Source of the DNA: Selaginella moellendorffii
Taxonomy: Eukaryota > Plantae > Lycopodiophyta
Length of the DNA: 64,000 bases
NCBI RefSeq assembly: GCF_000143415.4
Contig: NW_003314357.1
Location: 124,001-188,000 of the forward strand
Direction of reading: 5' to 3'
Positions 25,795-38,274 of the stretch are shown one piece after another. The number at the start of each line of letters is the position of its first letter. Position 1 is the stretch's first letter. The notes below the pieces were generated by a model, which did not search any database, was not told the origin of the DNA, and saw only the letters and a program-made list of their open reading frames with translations. The position numbers and the translations under genes were made by a program.

Positions 25795-28543
25795 TTAGCA
25801 ACAAAATATTCGCCGTAGTTTCTCCACGAGGCTGGAAAGGAAGCTCGAATCCGATGGGATGTCTGGAGCCTGATCAGGCATATCCTTTGGCAAGTGCCTG
25901 TGGAACGCGTTCACCGCTTCTTTCACGCCGTCCTCCCCGTCCATATGCTTGGCCAGTTGAATCGCTCGCTCTTTCACCTTTTTCCCAAGCCAAAGAATGA
26001 GAAACTATCGATCTATGCTAGGAAGACGTGACCAATCTTACCTCCGGCTCCAGCATGAAACGAATGGCAGCAACGAGCTTCTCCAGCGTGAATTGATTCA
26101 CTGGAATTGGAGCTGGGCCAACTCCTTTAGCATGGACTTGCTCTCCCCAGAATGGCTGATCCCCGAAAATGGGAACTACAGTCGTCGGGCACTGCCAAGC
26201 ACGCACACTCAGTAAGTCAAAAAAACCTCCGCTCTTGCTCTTGCTTATACCGCAGCTTTGAGACCGGCAGCTGTTGTTCCCGCGCCTCCATGATGAACCT
26301 ACGACATAGAAAGAGAGGGTTGGATGAATTGCAAAAGAAAGTTGTCATGAGAAACGTACCACTCCAGCGCATTGTGGAAAAAGCCAGTCGTGAGGACAGT
26401 TATCAAGTAAATAGATAAAATCTGGTGGATCTTTTACTGCAAAACGGAGTCCAAGTTTGATAACGCACATGAAGTTTTAAAAACGAATTACTTACTGTCA
26501 CCCAGGCCTCCCCAACCCCTGGAGATTATGCCGCGTTGGCCAGTTTCTTCAAGAGCTTTTACTATGATCGACGTCATCCCCTTGGGATCTTGAACAGGCT
26601 TCCCAAAACTCGGCGTCAAAACAACACTCGTATGCAATGAAGAAGGATTTAAGACTTACAAGGCTTCCAAAACCAACGTAAATTGGCTTTGCTCCTGCTT
26701 GCAGCCACTTGGAGAGTTCCGCATGGGGCTCATAATCTCTGGCAAGATCTAGAAAACAGAAGCCAACCACGTCGACACGCTGGCCCCAGTCTGCAAACAA
26801 GTGGAAACTTAAATCAACGTGACACGGAAAAAGAAGATACGCAATACCTCTGGGCTTGGGGACCAGATGTGGACTCCATATGTAACCCGTAGGTAAGTCC
26901 GATATTGATCCTATTGAACCGCTCAAGTAGGTAATTGGACGGAGCTTAAGTTTCTTCTTCCGGAAGTCGTTTATCATGCTCCGAATTCCCCACCATATGA
27001 GGGAGTCCACAACTTGGTAAGACATCTGCCATTATTTCAAAACTCACAAAAATGTTCGCCATAGTATAACTCGCCACTCACCCGGTAACCAGCCGGATTC
27101 TTGATGCGTGCCAACGGATGAGGAAACTCACTGGTCGGCCTGCAATAGCGGCCACGGGACATGTTAGTGATAGTAGAAGAAAGAACGTCATGTTTTTTCT
27201 TACGTCCAAGGCATTGTAAAGAAAATGTGAAGTGGGACTCTCAAGTACTCAGCCACATGAACATGACCTGCAGAACTGTCGGCATTGTAAACGAGATAAA
27301 AAAGCCGAGAGAAACTTACCATACGCGGGAGGATTTGCAATCATCGCCTGAGCTCTGAAAGGAACTGGTCCATCAGCCTCAATACAGGCAGGAAGCAACG
27401 AGTTTATGATAGCTTTGATCTGCTTTCTTTGAATAGTTATCTCGGATGGATTGGAAGGAAGAAACCCTTTGTTTTTCACCATGTCTGTAATGAGCGCGAC
27501 CTGTCAGTGAATGAGGCATCAAACAATAAGCTCAAACTGCTACCAGTTGACACGTACATCCAGCTAGAATTTTCGGATCCCCGCCTAAAGGATAGAACTC
27601 CAGCCCAGCAGTCAACACAAACTCCCGAAAGTTGGCGTGTGTAGCGAGGCGTACACGGTGGCCGTATTCCTGCGTAAGTAATCGCACGCATGAGTGAGAT
27701 TTTCACTTCAGAAAAATGAACGAGGAAAACACCTGTAGATGCTTTCCGATCGCAATAAATGGTTGAACATCCCCTCGTGTACCAACGATGAGCATTACAA
27801 TCTGCAATGGCTGCACTTTGAACTTCCTCTCGTCCCACTCCTCGTCGTAAATACGAAGGGAATCGCTTAATTCGGGCGCAATGAGCTCGGGCATGATGCG
27901 AGCACTTCCAGCCACATCAAACTCGACAGTTCCATCCGTCTTAACAGTAGCCAAGCGTTGCAACATCTTTTTCTGGAGATCAAAAGAAGAAGGTAGTCAG
28001 TCCAAGGAATTTATGTTGAAGGAATGTTTACCTTTCTTCTGTCGGACAACTTATCCGCGACCTTTCTTCGTATGTTTTCTTCCTCGTGTCTTTGCAAGCT
28101 AGCTTTCTCCGTGGCTGATCGCAGCAACCTTCCATTGGTGGTATGATCGCGCGTTTCCTCGCCATTCGTGGCGGGCATGGTCACTGACCGTCCCAATCCC
28201 CTATCTTCTCACCGCCAAACACAAAAGGTTCTAAGCAAGGAAAAAATAAAAGCAAAGGAGAAGACTAACCGGATCCGGAGGAATTGTCTCCTCGCGACGA
28301 CGGCGTCGAAGTGGACGCTTCGTCCGATCGCAGCGGCAAAGCTTGCTCGAGCATGAGGAGCGATGGAGCCGAGTACGTCAAGTGGAGCTTGGGCTGATCG
28401 TCCGGCGGCTTCACCCGGCACACATCCGACGCCGATTCCTTCAACATCCGCTCGGGCTTGACGCCTTGATCATCGATCTGCTGCGCGGCGGCGGCATTGG
28501 CATTAGCTGGACTGGATGGAGCCGAGGAGGAAGAACTGTCCAT
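25795..28543 (-). CDS. UGT80: Sterol 3-beta-glucosyltransferase (UGT80 family), multi-exon
   Basis: PLQIVMLIVGTRGDVQPFIAIG, MVKNKGFLPS, IANPPAYG, GYIWSPHLVPKP, KPIYVGFGSL, HHGGAGTTAAGL, PTTVVPIFGDQPFWG. Start taken at MDSSSS (28543). Confidence 0.93.
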
Positions 28544-28976
28544 CGCGACCAAATATCCCAAACCCTTTGTTTCCTCCAAAATCGTGGCGCTGATCCTACT
28601 GTAGCTCCCTAGATCGGTTGATCCCAGCCGAAAAGCTCCGCTCCTAGTGGATTCCAATCTGCTGCTCCACCCATGGCGAAATCCTCGCTACATGGCGACC
28701 AAAACGATCAATCGCAACCTTTGGAGCTGCGGGAAGTCCGATTCACGGTGTGATCACAGACCTAGGGCCCAAGGATGGATTGGATCCGGCGATGGCGATG
28801 GAACGCCTCCGGCTCGTTGCGCCGCGCCATAGCTATGCGCTGGACACAGAAGCGCCATAGTCACCCCGATGCCGTCCATCTCAACGGCTTTGTTTTACGC
28901 ATATTCTATGACGATTCTCCGTAGATTCACATCTAGGTATATTCTCTCTTGCCCTAATTTGCTAGGGCTGGGGAGC

Positions 28977-31955
28977 ATGGGCAAGGAGAGGGACCGCAAG
29001 AGCGAAGAGCGCAAGGGCGAGCGGTCATCACGGGGCGAGGATTCGAAGCGCGAGCGCGATCGGGATCGAGACCGCCACAAGGACAAGGTACGCAGCAGTA
29101 GGGATCGAGATCGAGAGCGCGATCGCGAGAGGCATCACCACAGGGACAGGGAGCATCACAGGGAAAGAGAGCGGGACAGGGACAGGGAAAGGGATCGGGA
29201 CAGAGACAGGCATCGCGAGCGCGAGAGAGATAGGAGGAGCAGGGACCGTGAGAAGCGAGAGAGAAGTAAGCAAGAGGAGGATGACGAGGAGAGGGAGAGG
29301 GAAGCGAAGAGGGCGAGAAAGGAAGATGGTGGCGATAGTAGTGGTGAAGGGAAGGGTGTGGAGGAGGAGGGCGGCGACGACAAGGAGGCCGAGCAGAAGA
29401 GATTGGACGAGGAGATGGAGAAGCGGAGGCGGAGAGTCCAGGAGTGGCAAGAGCAACGGCGGCAAAAGGAAGATGAAGAAAGGGAGAGCAAAGGTATTGC
29501 AGCTCAAGGCGAGCAAGGCGAGGTCGCAAATGGCAAGGCATGGACGCTCGAAGGGGATGAGTCTGACGAGGAGGTTGGAAATGGTGATGCGGCTGCTCGA
29601 GCTGAAGAGAGCCAAGCTAAGGAAGGTGGAGGAGTCGAGGAAGCTCCAATGGAAGTTGTCCAGGAAGAAGAGGAGGAGGTGGATCCTTTGGATGCTTTCA
29701 TGAACACCATAGTCATTCCCGAGGTGAAGAAGCTCCAAGCGGCGCCGCCTTCTGTCGCTGGTGCTGGAGCTACCGCTCAAGAATCTAAAGCCTCACAGCC
29801 TCCAAGCATCTTGAAGAAGAACCGAGGACCTCGAGGAGACTCGGAGTCGGAGGTGGAAGCCGGAGATGACGACGACAGTGATGCCGAGGAAGACGACGAG
29901 GACTTTATAAAGCGGGTGAAGAAGACCAAAGCCGAGAAGCTGGCGGTGGTCGACCACACAAAGGTTCCTTACACTTCCTTCCGCAAGGACTTTTACAAGG
30001 AGGTGAAGGAGATCCAGAGGATGAGCAAGGAAGATGTCACGGCATACCGCAAGGAGCTGGAGCTCAAAGTCAAGGGGAAGGACGTCCCCAAGCCGATCAA
30101 GACGTGGAACCAGACCGGCCTGAGCAGCAAGATGCTGGACGTGATAAAGAAGCTGGGCTTCGAGCGGCCCATGCCGATCCAAGCACAGGCGCTTCCGATT
30201 ATCATGAACGGCCGGGACTGCATTGGTATCGCAAAGACAGGCTCCGGCAAGACGCTCGCCTTCGTTCTGCCGATGCTGAGACACATCAAAGACCAGCCGC
30301 CGCTTGCTCAGGGGGACGGTCCCATCGGTCTCATCATGGCTCCGACGAGGGAGCTTGTGCAACAGATATACAGTGACATAAAGAAATTCACCAGAGTTAT
30401 TGGGCTTACCTGTGTCCCTGTCTATGGTGGCTCTGGAGTCGCCCAGCAGATTAGCGAGCTCAAGCGTGGTGCCGAGATAGTAGTGTGCACACCGGGAAGA
30501 ATGATCGATATACTGTGCACCAGCTCCGGGAAGATCACAAACTTGAGACGGGTGACATACTTGGTGATGGACGAGGCCGACCGCATGTTTGACATGGGCT
30601 TTGAGCCACAGATAACCAGGATCGTCCAGAACACGAGGCCGGACCGGCAGACGGTGCTCTTCTCCGCGACGTTTCCACGCCAGGTTGAGCTCCTGGCTCG
30701 TAAAGTCTTGGACAAGCCGGTGGAGATCCAAGTTGGAGGACGCAGTGTGGTGAACAAGGACATAACTCAGACGGTGGAGGTCCGTCCGGAGGAGGATCGT
30801 TTCCTGCGGCTGCTCGAGCTCCTCGGCGAGTGGTACGAGAAAGGAAAGGTGCTGGTGTTCGTCCACTCGCAGGAGAAATGCGACAGCCTCTTCAGGGACC
30901 TTCTCAAGGCCGGGTATCCGTGCTTGTCTCTCCACGGTGCCAAGGACCAGACCGACCGGGAGTCGACGCTGTCCGACTTTAAGTCCAATGTTTGCAACCT
31001 CTTGGTGGCGACGAGCGTCGCAGCGAGAGGTTTGGACGTGAAGGAGCTGGAGCTGGTCGTCAACTATGACGTTCCCAATCACTACGAGGACTACGTCCAC
31101 CGCGTGGGACGCACTGGACGGGCGGGCCGGAAGGGATGTGCCGTGACTTTCATCGCCCCCGACGAGGACAGATACGCTCCCGACCTTGCCAAGGCGCTGG
31201 AGCTCTCGGAGCAGCCCATCCCCGAGGACTTGAAGAGCCTGGCTGATGGTTTCATCGCAAAGGTGAACCAGGGGAGTGAGAAGGCTCACGGCAGTGGCTA
31301 TGGTGGCAGCGGCTTCAAGTTCAACGAGGAGGAGGACGAAGCTCTCAGGGCCGCGAAGAAAGCCCAGGCCAAGGAGTATGGCTACGAGGAAGAGGAGGAG
31401 CCTGGCGAGACGGACGATGACAACGAAATCCGGAAGACAGGAGTGGACATGATGCTGGCCTTCACAAACGCAGCCAAGGCCGTGAACTCTCAAGCCGCTG
31501 GAACCTCCGTCGCCGCCATCCCGGTCCTGCCGAGCATCACCATCCCGGGGATAGTCCCCGGCCAGCCGTCGGACTTCCGCGACAAGGCGATCCAGGTGGT
31601 GAAGAACTTGCAGCACAACATCCAGAAGATCACGGCCGAGTCGCTCCAGGAGCGGTACGAGGCGGAGCTGGAGATCAACGACTTTCCCCAGCACGCTCGC
31701 TGGAAAGTCACGCACAAGGATGCGCTGGGACAGATTAGCGAGTGGACTGGAGCCGCGATCACGACTCGCGGGCAGTTCTTTCCACCGGGGAAGATCCCAG
31801 GCCCCGGCGAGCGCAAGCTCTATCTCTTCATCGAAGGTGGATCCGAGACCTCGGTTAAGAAGGCCAAGGGGGAGATCAAGCGCATCCTGGAGGAGTCTAC
31901 GTCCAACATGGTGTTGCAACCGGCTGTCCAACCTGGGAAGTACTCTGTCTTATGA
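28977..31955 (+). CDS. PRP5: DEAD-box RNA helicase PRP5/DDX46 (RH42-like), intronless CDS
   Basis: RD/RE-rich N-terminus, DPLDAFM, AKTGSGKT, PTREL, DEAD, SAT, HRVGRTGR, KH-like C-terminus ELEINDFPQ. Likely ATG is at 28977 (MGKERD). Confidence 0.96.
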   Translation: MGKERDRKSEERKGERSSRGEDSKRERDRDRDRHKDKVRSSRDRDRERDRERHHHRDREHHRERERDRDRERDRDRDRHRERERDRRSRDREKRERSKQEEDDEEREREAKRARKEDGGDSSGEGKGVEEEGGDDKEAEQKRLDEEMEKRRRRVQEWQEQRRQKEDEERESKGIAAQGEQGEVANGKAWTLEGDESDEEVGNGDAAARAEESQAKEGGGVEEAPMEVVQEEEEEVDPLDAFMNTIVIPEVKKLQAAPPSVAGAGATAQESKASQPPSILKKNRGPRGDSESEVEAGDDDDSDAEEDDEDFIKRVKKTKAEKLAVVDHTKVPYTSFRKDFYKEVKEIQRMSKEDVTAYRKELELKVKGKDVPKPIKTWNQTGLSSKMLDVIKKLGFERPMPIQAQALPIIMNGRDCIGIAKTGSGKTLAFVLPMLRHIKDQPPLAQGDGPIGLIMAPTRELVQQIYSDIKKFTRVIGLTCVPVYGGSGVAQQISELKRGAEIVVCTPGRMIDILCTSSGKITNLRRVTYLVMDEADRMFDMGFEPQITRIVQNTRPDRQTVLFSATFPRQVELLARKVLDKPVEIQVGGRSVVNKDITQTVEVRPEEDRFLRLLELLGEWYEKGKVLVFVHSQEKCDSLFRDLLKAGYPCLSLHGAKDQTDRESTLSDFKSNVCNLLVATSVAARGLDVKELELVVNYDVPNHYEDYVHRVGRTGRAGRKGCAVTFIAPDEDRYAPDLAKALELSEQPIPEDLKSLADGFIAKVNQGSEKAHGSGYGGSGFKFNEEEDEALRAAKKAQAKEYGYEEEEEPGETDDDNEIRKTGVDMMLAFTNAAKAVNSQAAGTSVAAIPVLPSITIPGIVPGQPSDFRDKAIQVVKNLQHNIQKITAESLQERYEAELEINDFPQHARWKVTHKDALGQISEWTGAAITTRGQFFPPGKIPGPGERKLYLFIEGGSETSVKKAKGEIKRILEESTSNMVLQPAVQPGKYSVL

Positions 31956-32256
31956 TTCATACTCGACGCTTCTAAAGTTTGCTTCGTTTTTTCTTTTTTC
32001 TTTTTCACGGTGGGCTTCTTTTTTTCTTGAAGGCTGGCAGGATGCCATAGGCTGGGAACTGCTTGTGAGACGCATTTGTCTCTCTGCTTACCAATCACTT
32101 ATAAAGCTCACCTTTTTTTTATTTACTTGCGTTTTTTTTGGTTACGTGTTTTAACCAGAGACTTTTGTGGCTTTCAGGGGGAGCGATTCTCTTGGGAGCT
32201 TTGCAAGCACGAGAAGATTTATACCATCCGACAATGGTGATGGGAAATGGTGAGTT

Positions 32257-34703
32257 TCATTTCTTCTTGTTTTTAACATTCTCACGCTCGTCTTCGTCGT
32301 CATCGTCATTGTCATCGTCATCTTCATCATCTTCATCATCGTCTTCATCATCGTCATCGTCGTCCTCATCATCTTCATCGACCTCATTGTCTTCGTCATG
32401 GATCTCCACTTTTTGCTTCACTGCTGCTGGCTTGCTCTTGTCCGTGTCCTTGTTCTTGCTGTTGTCAATCCCGCTGGGAGGCGGGAGCTTGCAGCTCTTC
32501 AAGGTGTCGCTCAAGTCCTTTGCGTTTGAGACGAGGCCGGGCACCTCCTGCATTATCCGGCCCACGGTTCCACACGACATGTCGGTGGTGATTTTGATCT
32601 CCACGTCTGTCTTGGTGGCATCTGCCGCACTGCCACCAGCCGCGTTGATGACAATATCGGACGTGAGCTTTGGCTGTGGAAGGATGGCATGCTCTTTCAT
32701 GTTCTCCCAGATGGCGAACTCTGGTCCGGTCATGATGATCTTCCACGCTGTGGGATTTGGGACGAGCGTGCCCATGTCAAACCTGCGCATGGCTTTGTAT
32801 AAACTTTGATCCTCCAAAAGAATGACTACTACTTGGTTACCTGTTTCCGAGCTTGATGATGAGCCTTTCGTCGACACAGGCAACGTACATGTCGAAGTCC
32901 GCTGCAAGAATCGTGATCTTGCTGTCTGAGTGTATGCCGTTGTTTCGTCTCAGCTCCATCAGTTGTGAGATCTTGTCCTTCATCCCCCAGTCGAAGAAAT
33001 GGTCCCAGAACTGCAAGAGGATCGATTAAAAGCTCTCAGGAGGCTCCCAGACTTACAATGCATGGTATGCCTGGATGCGTGATGATGTATACGTAGCCCA
33101 AGAGAACTTTGTCATCGGGAAAATTCCAGTGTCTCTGAGTAGATCCCGTGTCGTGATTGTCGACAAACGTTACAGCTTTTGTTGGATACCACCCTGCTCA
33201 AGACACACAAAAGCATCTTGTTTCCGGGACGAAACATAGATAAGAAACGTTACCAATAAGACCGGGAGGCTTCCCCTCTCCGTCCCGCAGTCGCCAGTAC
33301 TCGTTCTTCACGGCATCTTGAAGAACTCCTTTGGTGGTGAAGTCGAACACACAGGAAAGTCCTCCAGTCCCATCAATCCAATCGCAAAGCTGTTGCCTGT
33401 GGGTATCTGTGACGACCAAGAGAGTCAATTCTCCTAAGAGAAACAAATGCGCGCTTACTTTGGTTTGCAGCCGCCCTGCCGTTTTCGTAGTTCAACGAAG
33501 TCCAGTACTCGCCCACCGAGAAGCTTGGATGTGTTCTCTCGCAGTATCTATATGAACATGCTCGTTGAGAGTTTCAGGAGAAAAAAGAAAGCAAAGTTTG
33601 TTCTTACGTGATGTTGGTTGGATGTGTAACGTGTTGTTGCTTACATCTTGGTGTAGGCCGGTGAGTAGCCCTTGACGAAATCGAAGCGCCAACCATCGAA
33701 TCCAATCTCTGCCTTCATCCAGTTCATCCAGTCTGTGAGCTCGTCTTGCACTTGCTTGTTGGAATGGTCCAGGTCCGGAGCCGCTCCATAGCTCTCACCA
33801 CTATCCTTGGACCCCTTCCCACCACTGTCATAGATGTCGTTGCTGACCAAAGCCCACGGTCCCCAGTCAAGCCTCTTGTCCTTGGTTCCACCCTCGTAAA
33901 GGTTCCAGTGTCCAGTTGAGTCTTGCTTCCAGCCACTTCGATGGTTGATCACGATGTCGGCGATGCAGCACAGGTTATGCGAATGCAAGACGTCGATGCA
34001 TTCCCTCAGCTGGGCCTCATTCCCGTAGCTCGACGAGTTAAGATCGTAGAGCTGAGTCGGCAAATATCCTGGGAGCAAACCAAAAGCGGTGGAGTCAGAG
34101 CAAGTTTGCTGAAACAACAGCCACCAGGAACGAAAAAAGAGTGTTGTACCATGCTTATCAACCGACTGTGAAGGTGGTGGAAACCACACATCTGTGAAGC
34201 CGGCAGCTTGGATCTCCGCAGCCCTGCTCTTGAGAGTGTCATACCAAGGCTTCTTTGCTTGAGATTCCCAGTTGAATCCCTGGAAGAAGAAACGATCAAT
34301 GCTTCGAAAACTAAAAACCATTGCTTACCTGCAAGACAATGTGGTATCGAGAATCCGGATAAGTCGGCCGAGGCGGCCTCTTCTTTCGAACCACACCACC
34401 GCTACCACCGCCGCTACCACCGCCCTGCTGCTCGGCAGCGCGAATCGCTAGATTTCGCTTCCTCCATTTCTCTTCCGACCGCGAAATCCCAATCGCGAGC
34501 GGGTGACAGATCCCACCAACGCTGTCGGCGTTGCTGCCACTACACCCTACCTTCCCGAAAGATCTTGCTGCCCGGCTCGAAGGGGCCGCGCTTCTCACAC
34601 TGCAGCAGGCGCCAGCGCTGCCGCCGCTCCCCAGCCTCGCCGCCGAGCACGATGGATCATCCACAACCACGCAGTGGAGAGCGGCGATGGCGCAAGGGCT
34701 CAT
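32257..34703 (-). CDS. Alpha-amylase (GH13, plant type) with transit-peptide-like N-terminus and long acidic C-terminal extension, multi-exon
   Basis: LQ|[76 protein letters not shown]|FWDH; catalytic D/E/D present. Confidence 0.93.
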
Positions 34704-34822
34704 CTCTCCCGCGCATTCTCTCTGTGCCCTAGGTTTCCTCTTTTTTAAAAATGGATTAACTTAGTGATAATCTTGATTAAAAGTATCTAAGCTGGATTAA
34801 CAGTAGCTTTAGCTTCTTCGTC

Positions 34823-36329
34823 CTACGAGACGAGCGTCTCTAAGATTTGGTCTGTGAATTCTCGGAGGATATGACCTCTCTCAGGGATTTCGTGGTACTC
34901 CACCCACGATTCTAGCTTCTTCACCACCATTCTTTGGAGCTCCACTGGCACCAAGAAATCCTTCTCGCCTTGCCAGACGTGGATGATCTTCTTCGTCAAG
35001 TTCTCGCCCTCGAACGGGTTCTCCAGCTCGGCCGGATCAAACGGCCACTTCCCAAACATTACGCTCGAGTCCCGGCACAGCGATTCACTCAGTCCCTGCT
35101 GCAGCGCTTCTTTCCTCTCCTGCCAAGAGGAAACTTTGTCAGAGATTTGATCCAAAGGAGGAGAGATTGACGAACTTGGGCATCGGATTCTCTGGTTTCT
35201 TCTTGAGCTGCTCGATCAGAGGGACACATATCGGCCTGGTTCATGTTGACGGTGCTGGACGTTGGAAGGATTTTCTGTGTGAGCCACCAGTAGACGAGCC
35301 AGGGCGCGTAGTGCGAGACACTGAGGAAGAGGCGGTCGCCCAGCGGCTGCTTGTTAAACACCGCTCGGCCCTCGGGCGTGGACACGCTCGGCCAGAAGTA
35401 GTTTACCACCGGCACGACTAGAGCCACACCGGCGAGCCTGAGAGAACAAGATCAAACCAGTGAGACAAACTTTTGTTCTCATAGAAGCAAGCAAAACAAG
35501 TCTTTGATCAATGCAGGAAAAAGATTGAGCAGCAAAGATCGAAAACCGAGCCTGGAGACAAACACACACAAGAAAAATCCAGAAACAAATCACGCAAAAA
35601 TCACCACGAAAAGCTCACGAACAAAAACGCAAGCTTTCCACGCAAAAGGAAAGCGAACCTTTGTGGAATGTATTTAATGCATCCCCACGCGCCGTGAGCT
35701 CCAAGAGAGACGGACAGAACGTAGAACTTGGATCCCAGGCCGAGAGAATCGGCCAGTTCTTCCACATCGCGAGCCTCCGACTCGACGCTCCTGGCAGGAT
35801 GTGGATCGCTCTGTCCATAGCCGGCCCTGTCGTAGCTCACCATGTACACTCCCAGCCTTTCAATCGTATCCTACAGTCACGCATTTCGATCGATCTGTCC
35901 AGTGGAGGCAACAACAAGTAGGAATTACCGGCGATGCGCTGATGAGAGCGAGGCGGCAGCGCGTGTAGCCGTGGAGGATGACGATCTTGTGCTTGGCTTG
36001 GTCTTTTGGAACTCCAGCTTCCTTGTAGGCGAGGTAGCGGCCATCGCGCAGCTTGATCCGAGGCGCTGTCACTGGCGGGCCGCCTGGAGCTCCACAAATC
36101 TTCGGCGGAGGCGCTCGGATGGCCACTACCGCCCAGGACACGAGCACAGTCATCGTGAGCAATGCAGCCTTGGACCAGAGCCCTGGAAGGAAGAAAGAAA
36201 CACACCGGATCGATCGACGCCCACCAGGAGTGAAGATATTTCGATCAAGATCTTACGCGAGAACGAGGCTGCTGCCGCGGAATCGTTGCGCGTGAAAGCT
36301 CGCGCCTTGGACGCTGATACCCTGGCCAT
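34823..36329 (-). CDS. Alpha/beta-hydrolase fold protein (plant esterase/lipase-like), multi-exon
   Basis: [65 protein letters not shown] nucleophile region, [23 protein letters not shown]. Confidence 0.9.
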
Positions 36330-36398
36330 TGAATCCCAAATGGCACGAGATAGAAGAAAACCCTACATTAGGGTTCTTGGTGGTGTGGTTAGCTCGCG
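36330..36398. promoter_or_regulatory. 69-bp divergent intergenic spacer with an inverted telo-box pair
   Basis: AACCCTA-CAT-TAGGGTT at 36359-36375, between the two start codons. Confidence 0.6.
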
Positions 36399-38274
36399 AT
36401 GGATGCCACGGGCCGGCCGGCGGTCGTGATCGACAATGGCACCGGGTAAGAACGATCGATCTAGAGCGCTGCCCGCATTCTTCCTTGTGCGATTCAGATC
36501 ATCGAAATTTCATCCTTGGCAGCTACTCCAAGATTGGATTCGCAGGGAATGTGGAGCCGTCCTTCATAATCCCCACGGTCGTGGCGATCAACGAGTCCTG
36601 CCTCGCCGCTTCCTCTCCTGCCGCGCTCTCTCCACAGGGCAAGGGCGGATGGCTCGCGCGCCACAATGCTGGTGTCATGGCCGATCTCGACTTCTTCATC
36701 GGCGACGAAGCTCTGGCGCGGACTCACGGCCCCGCGTACACGCTCACGTATCCGATCCGTCACGGCCAGGTCCTTGCTTGCGATTCTTCTCTACCTCTCT
36801 TTCTCTCTCTCGTGATTCATGGTTTCTTCTTCGTCCAGGTGGATAACTGGGACGCCATGGAGAGGTTCTGGCAGCAGTGTATCTTCAACTACCTGCGGTG
36901 TGATCCCGAGGATCACTACTTCCTCTTGACGGAGAGCCCTCTCACGGCGCCAGAGAATCGAGAGTACACTGCCGAGATCATGTTTGAGACTTTCAATGTT
37001 TCTGGCCTCTACATTGCTGTGCAAGCTGTTCTAGCCCTGGCTGCTGGCTACACAACTTCCAAGGTTCTTGGAGATCTTCTTTTTGTTTGTAGCTCACTCT
37101 TCTTTGTTTCCAGTGTGAGATGACCGGGGTTGTGGTCGATGCCGGCGATGGAGTCACGCATGTCGTGCCTGTTGCCGAGGGATACGTGATGGGCAGCAGC
37201 ATCAAATCCATCCCAGTAGCCGGTCGAGACATCACGTCCTTTGTGCAGCAGCTCATGCGAGTACGTATATGGCTGCGCTTCGTTTTCACGCTGACAAGGA
37301 TGCATGGATCGATTTCCAGGAGCGAGGCGAGCCTGTTCCTCCGGAAGACTCGTTTGACGTTGCCAGGAGAGTGAAGGAATCTTACGGGTACACATGTGCT
37401 GACATTGTCAAGGTAGTGCGAAAGATGTTTTTCTTTCTCCTTTGCTTTCCTGCTTGCTCATGCATTGAACTTCATTCAGCATACGTTCGCAATTGCAGGA
37501 GTTTAATAAGCACGACAGGGAGCCGTCCAAGTACATGAAGCAATGGACTGGCACGAATTCGAAGACCGGGCAAGCTTACAGTTGCGATATTGGTTACGAG
37601 CGTTTTCTCGCTGCTGAGGTAAAGCCTTCGGCTTTCTCTTGCTTGTGCTAATTTGCTTTCGCTTACTTTTTTGCTGCAGTCATTCTTTGCTCCTGAAATA
37701 TGCAGTAGCGACTTTTCCACTCCTCTCCCTGAGGTTGTTGACAAGTGCATTCAGTCCGCCCCGATTGACACCCGCCGAGCGCTTTACAAAGTAAAACTAA
37801 ACACGCTCCCTGTGCTCCTCTTCTAACACACTCTAAAACTGTCAACAGAACATTGTTCTCTCGGGAGGCTCCACGCTTTTCAAAGACTTCCAAAGGAGAC
37901 TCCAGCGTGATATCAAGAAAATTGTCGACTCCCGAACCACGGCAACCGCAGCAAAATACGGTGGGGATGTCAAGGTGTGTGTTTTCTTTTTCTTTTCTTA
38001 GTCGTGCTGTGATCTTGACGCTATGGAGACCTTCCAGCCTGTAGAAGTGAACGTGGTTGGACATCCAATGCAGCGATTCGCCGTCTGGTTTGGCGGTTCG
38101 GTCTTAGCTTCGGCTTCAGAGTTCTACACGGTATGTGCATTTCAACTTTGATCTCTTCTCCATCTCACTCGCTTGGTGCTGGCATCACCTCAGGCATGCC
38201 ACACAAAAGCGGAGTATGAAGAGTATGGACCCACTATATGCCGCACCAATCCGGTGTTCAAGGGAATGTTTTAA
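36399..38274 (+). CDS. ARP3: Actin-related protein 3 (Arp2/3 complex), multi-exon
   Basis: [16 protein letters not shown]|[77 protein letters not shown]. Confidence 0.96.

Noticed and set aside
28869-28976. N-terminal extension of the 1028-aa helicase ORF
   Set aside because: Pyrimidine-rich, UTR/intron-like sequence; MGKERD at 28977 fits the family better.
29793-31931. 712-aa antisense ORF
   Set aside because: Shadow of the GC3-rich PRP5 coding strand; no motifs of its own.
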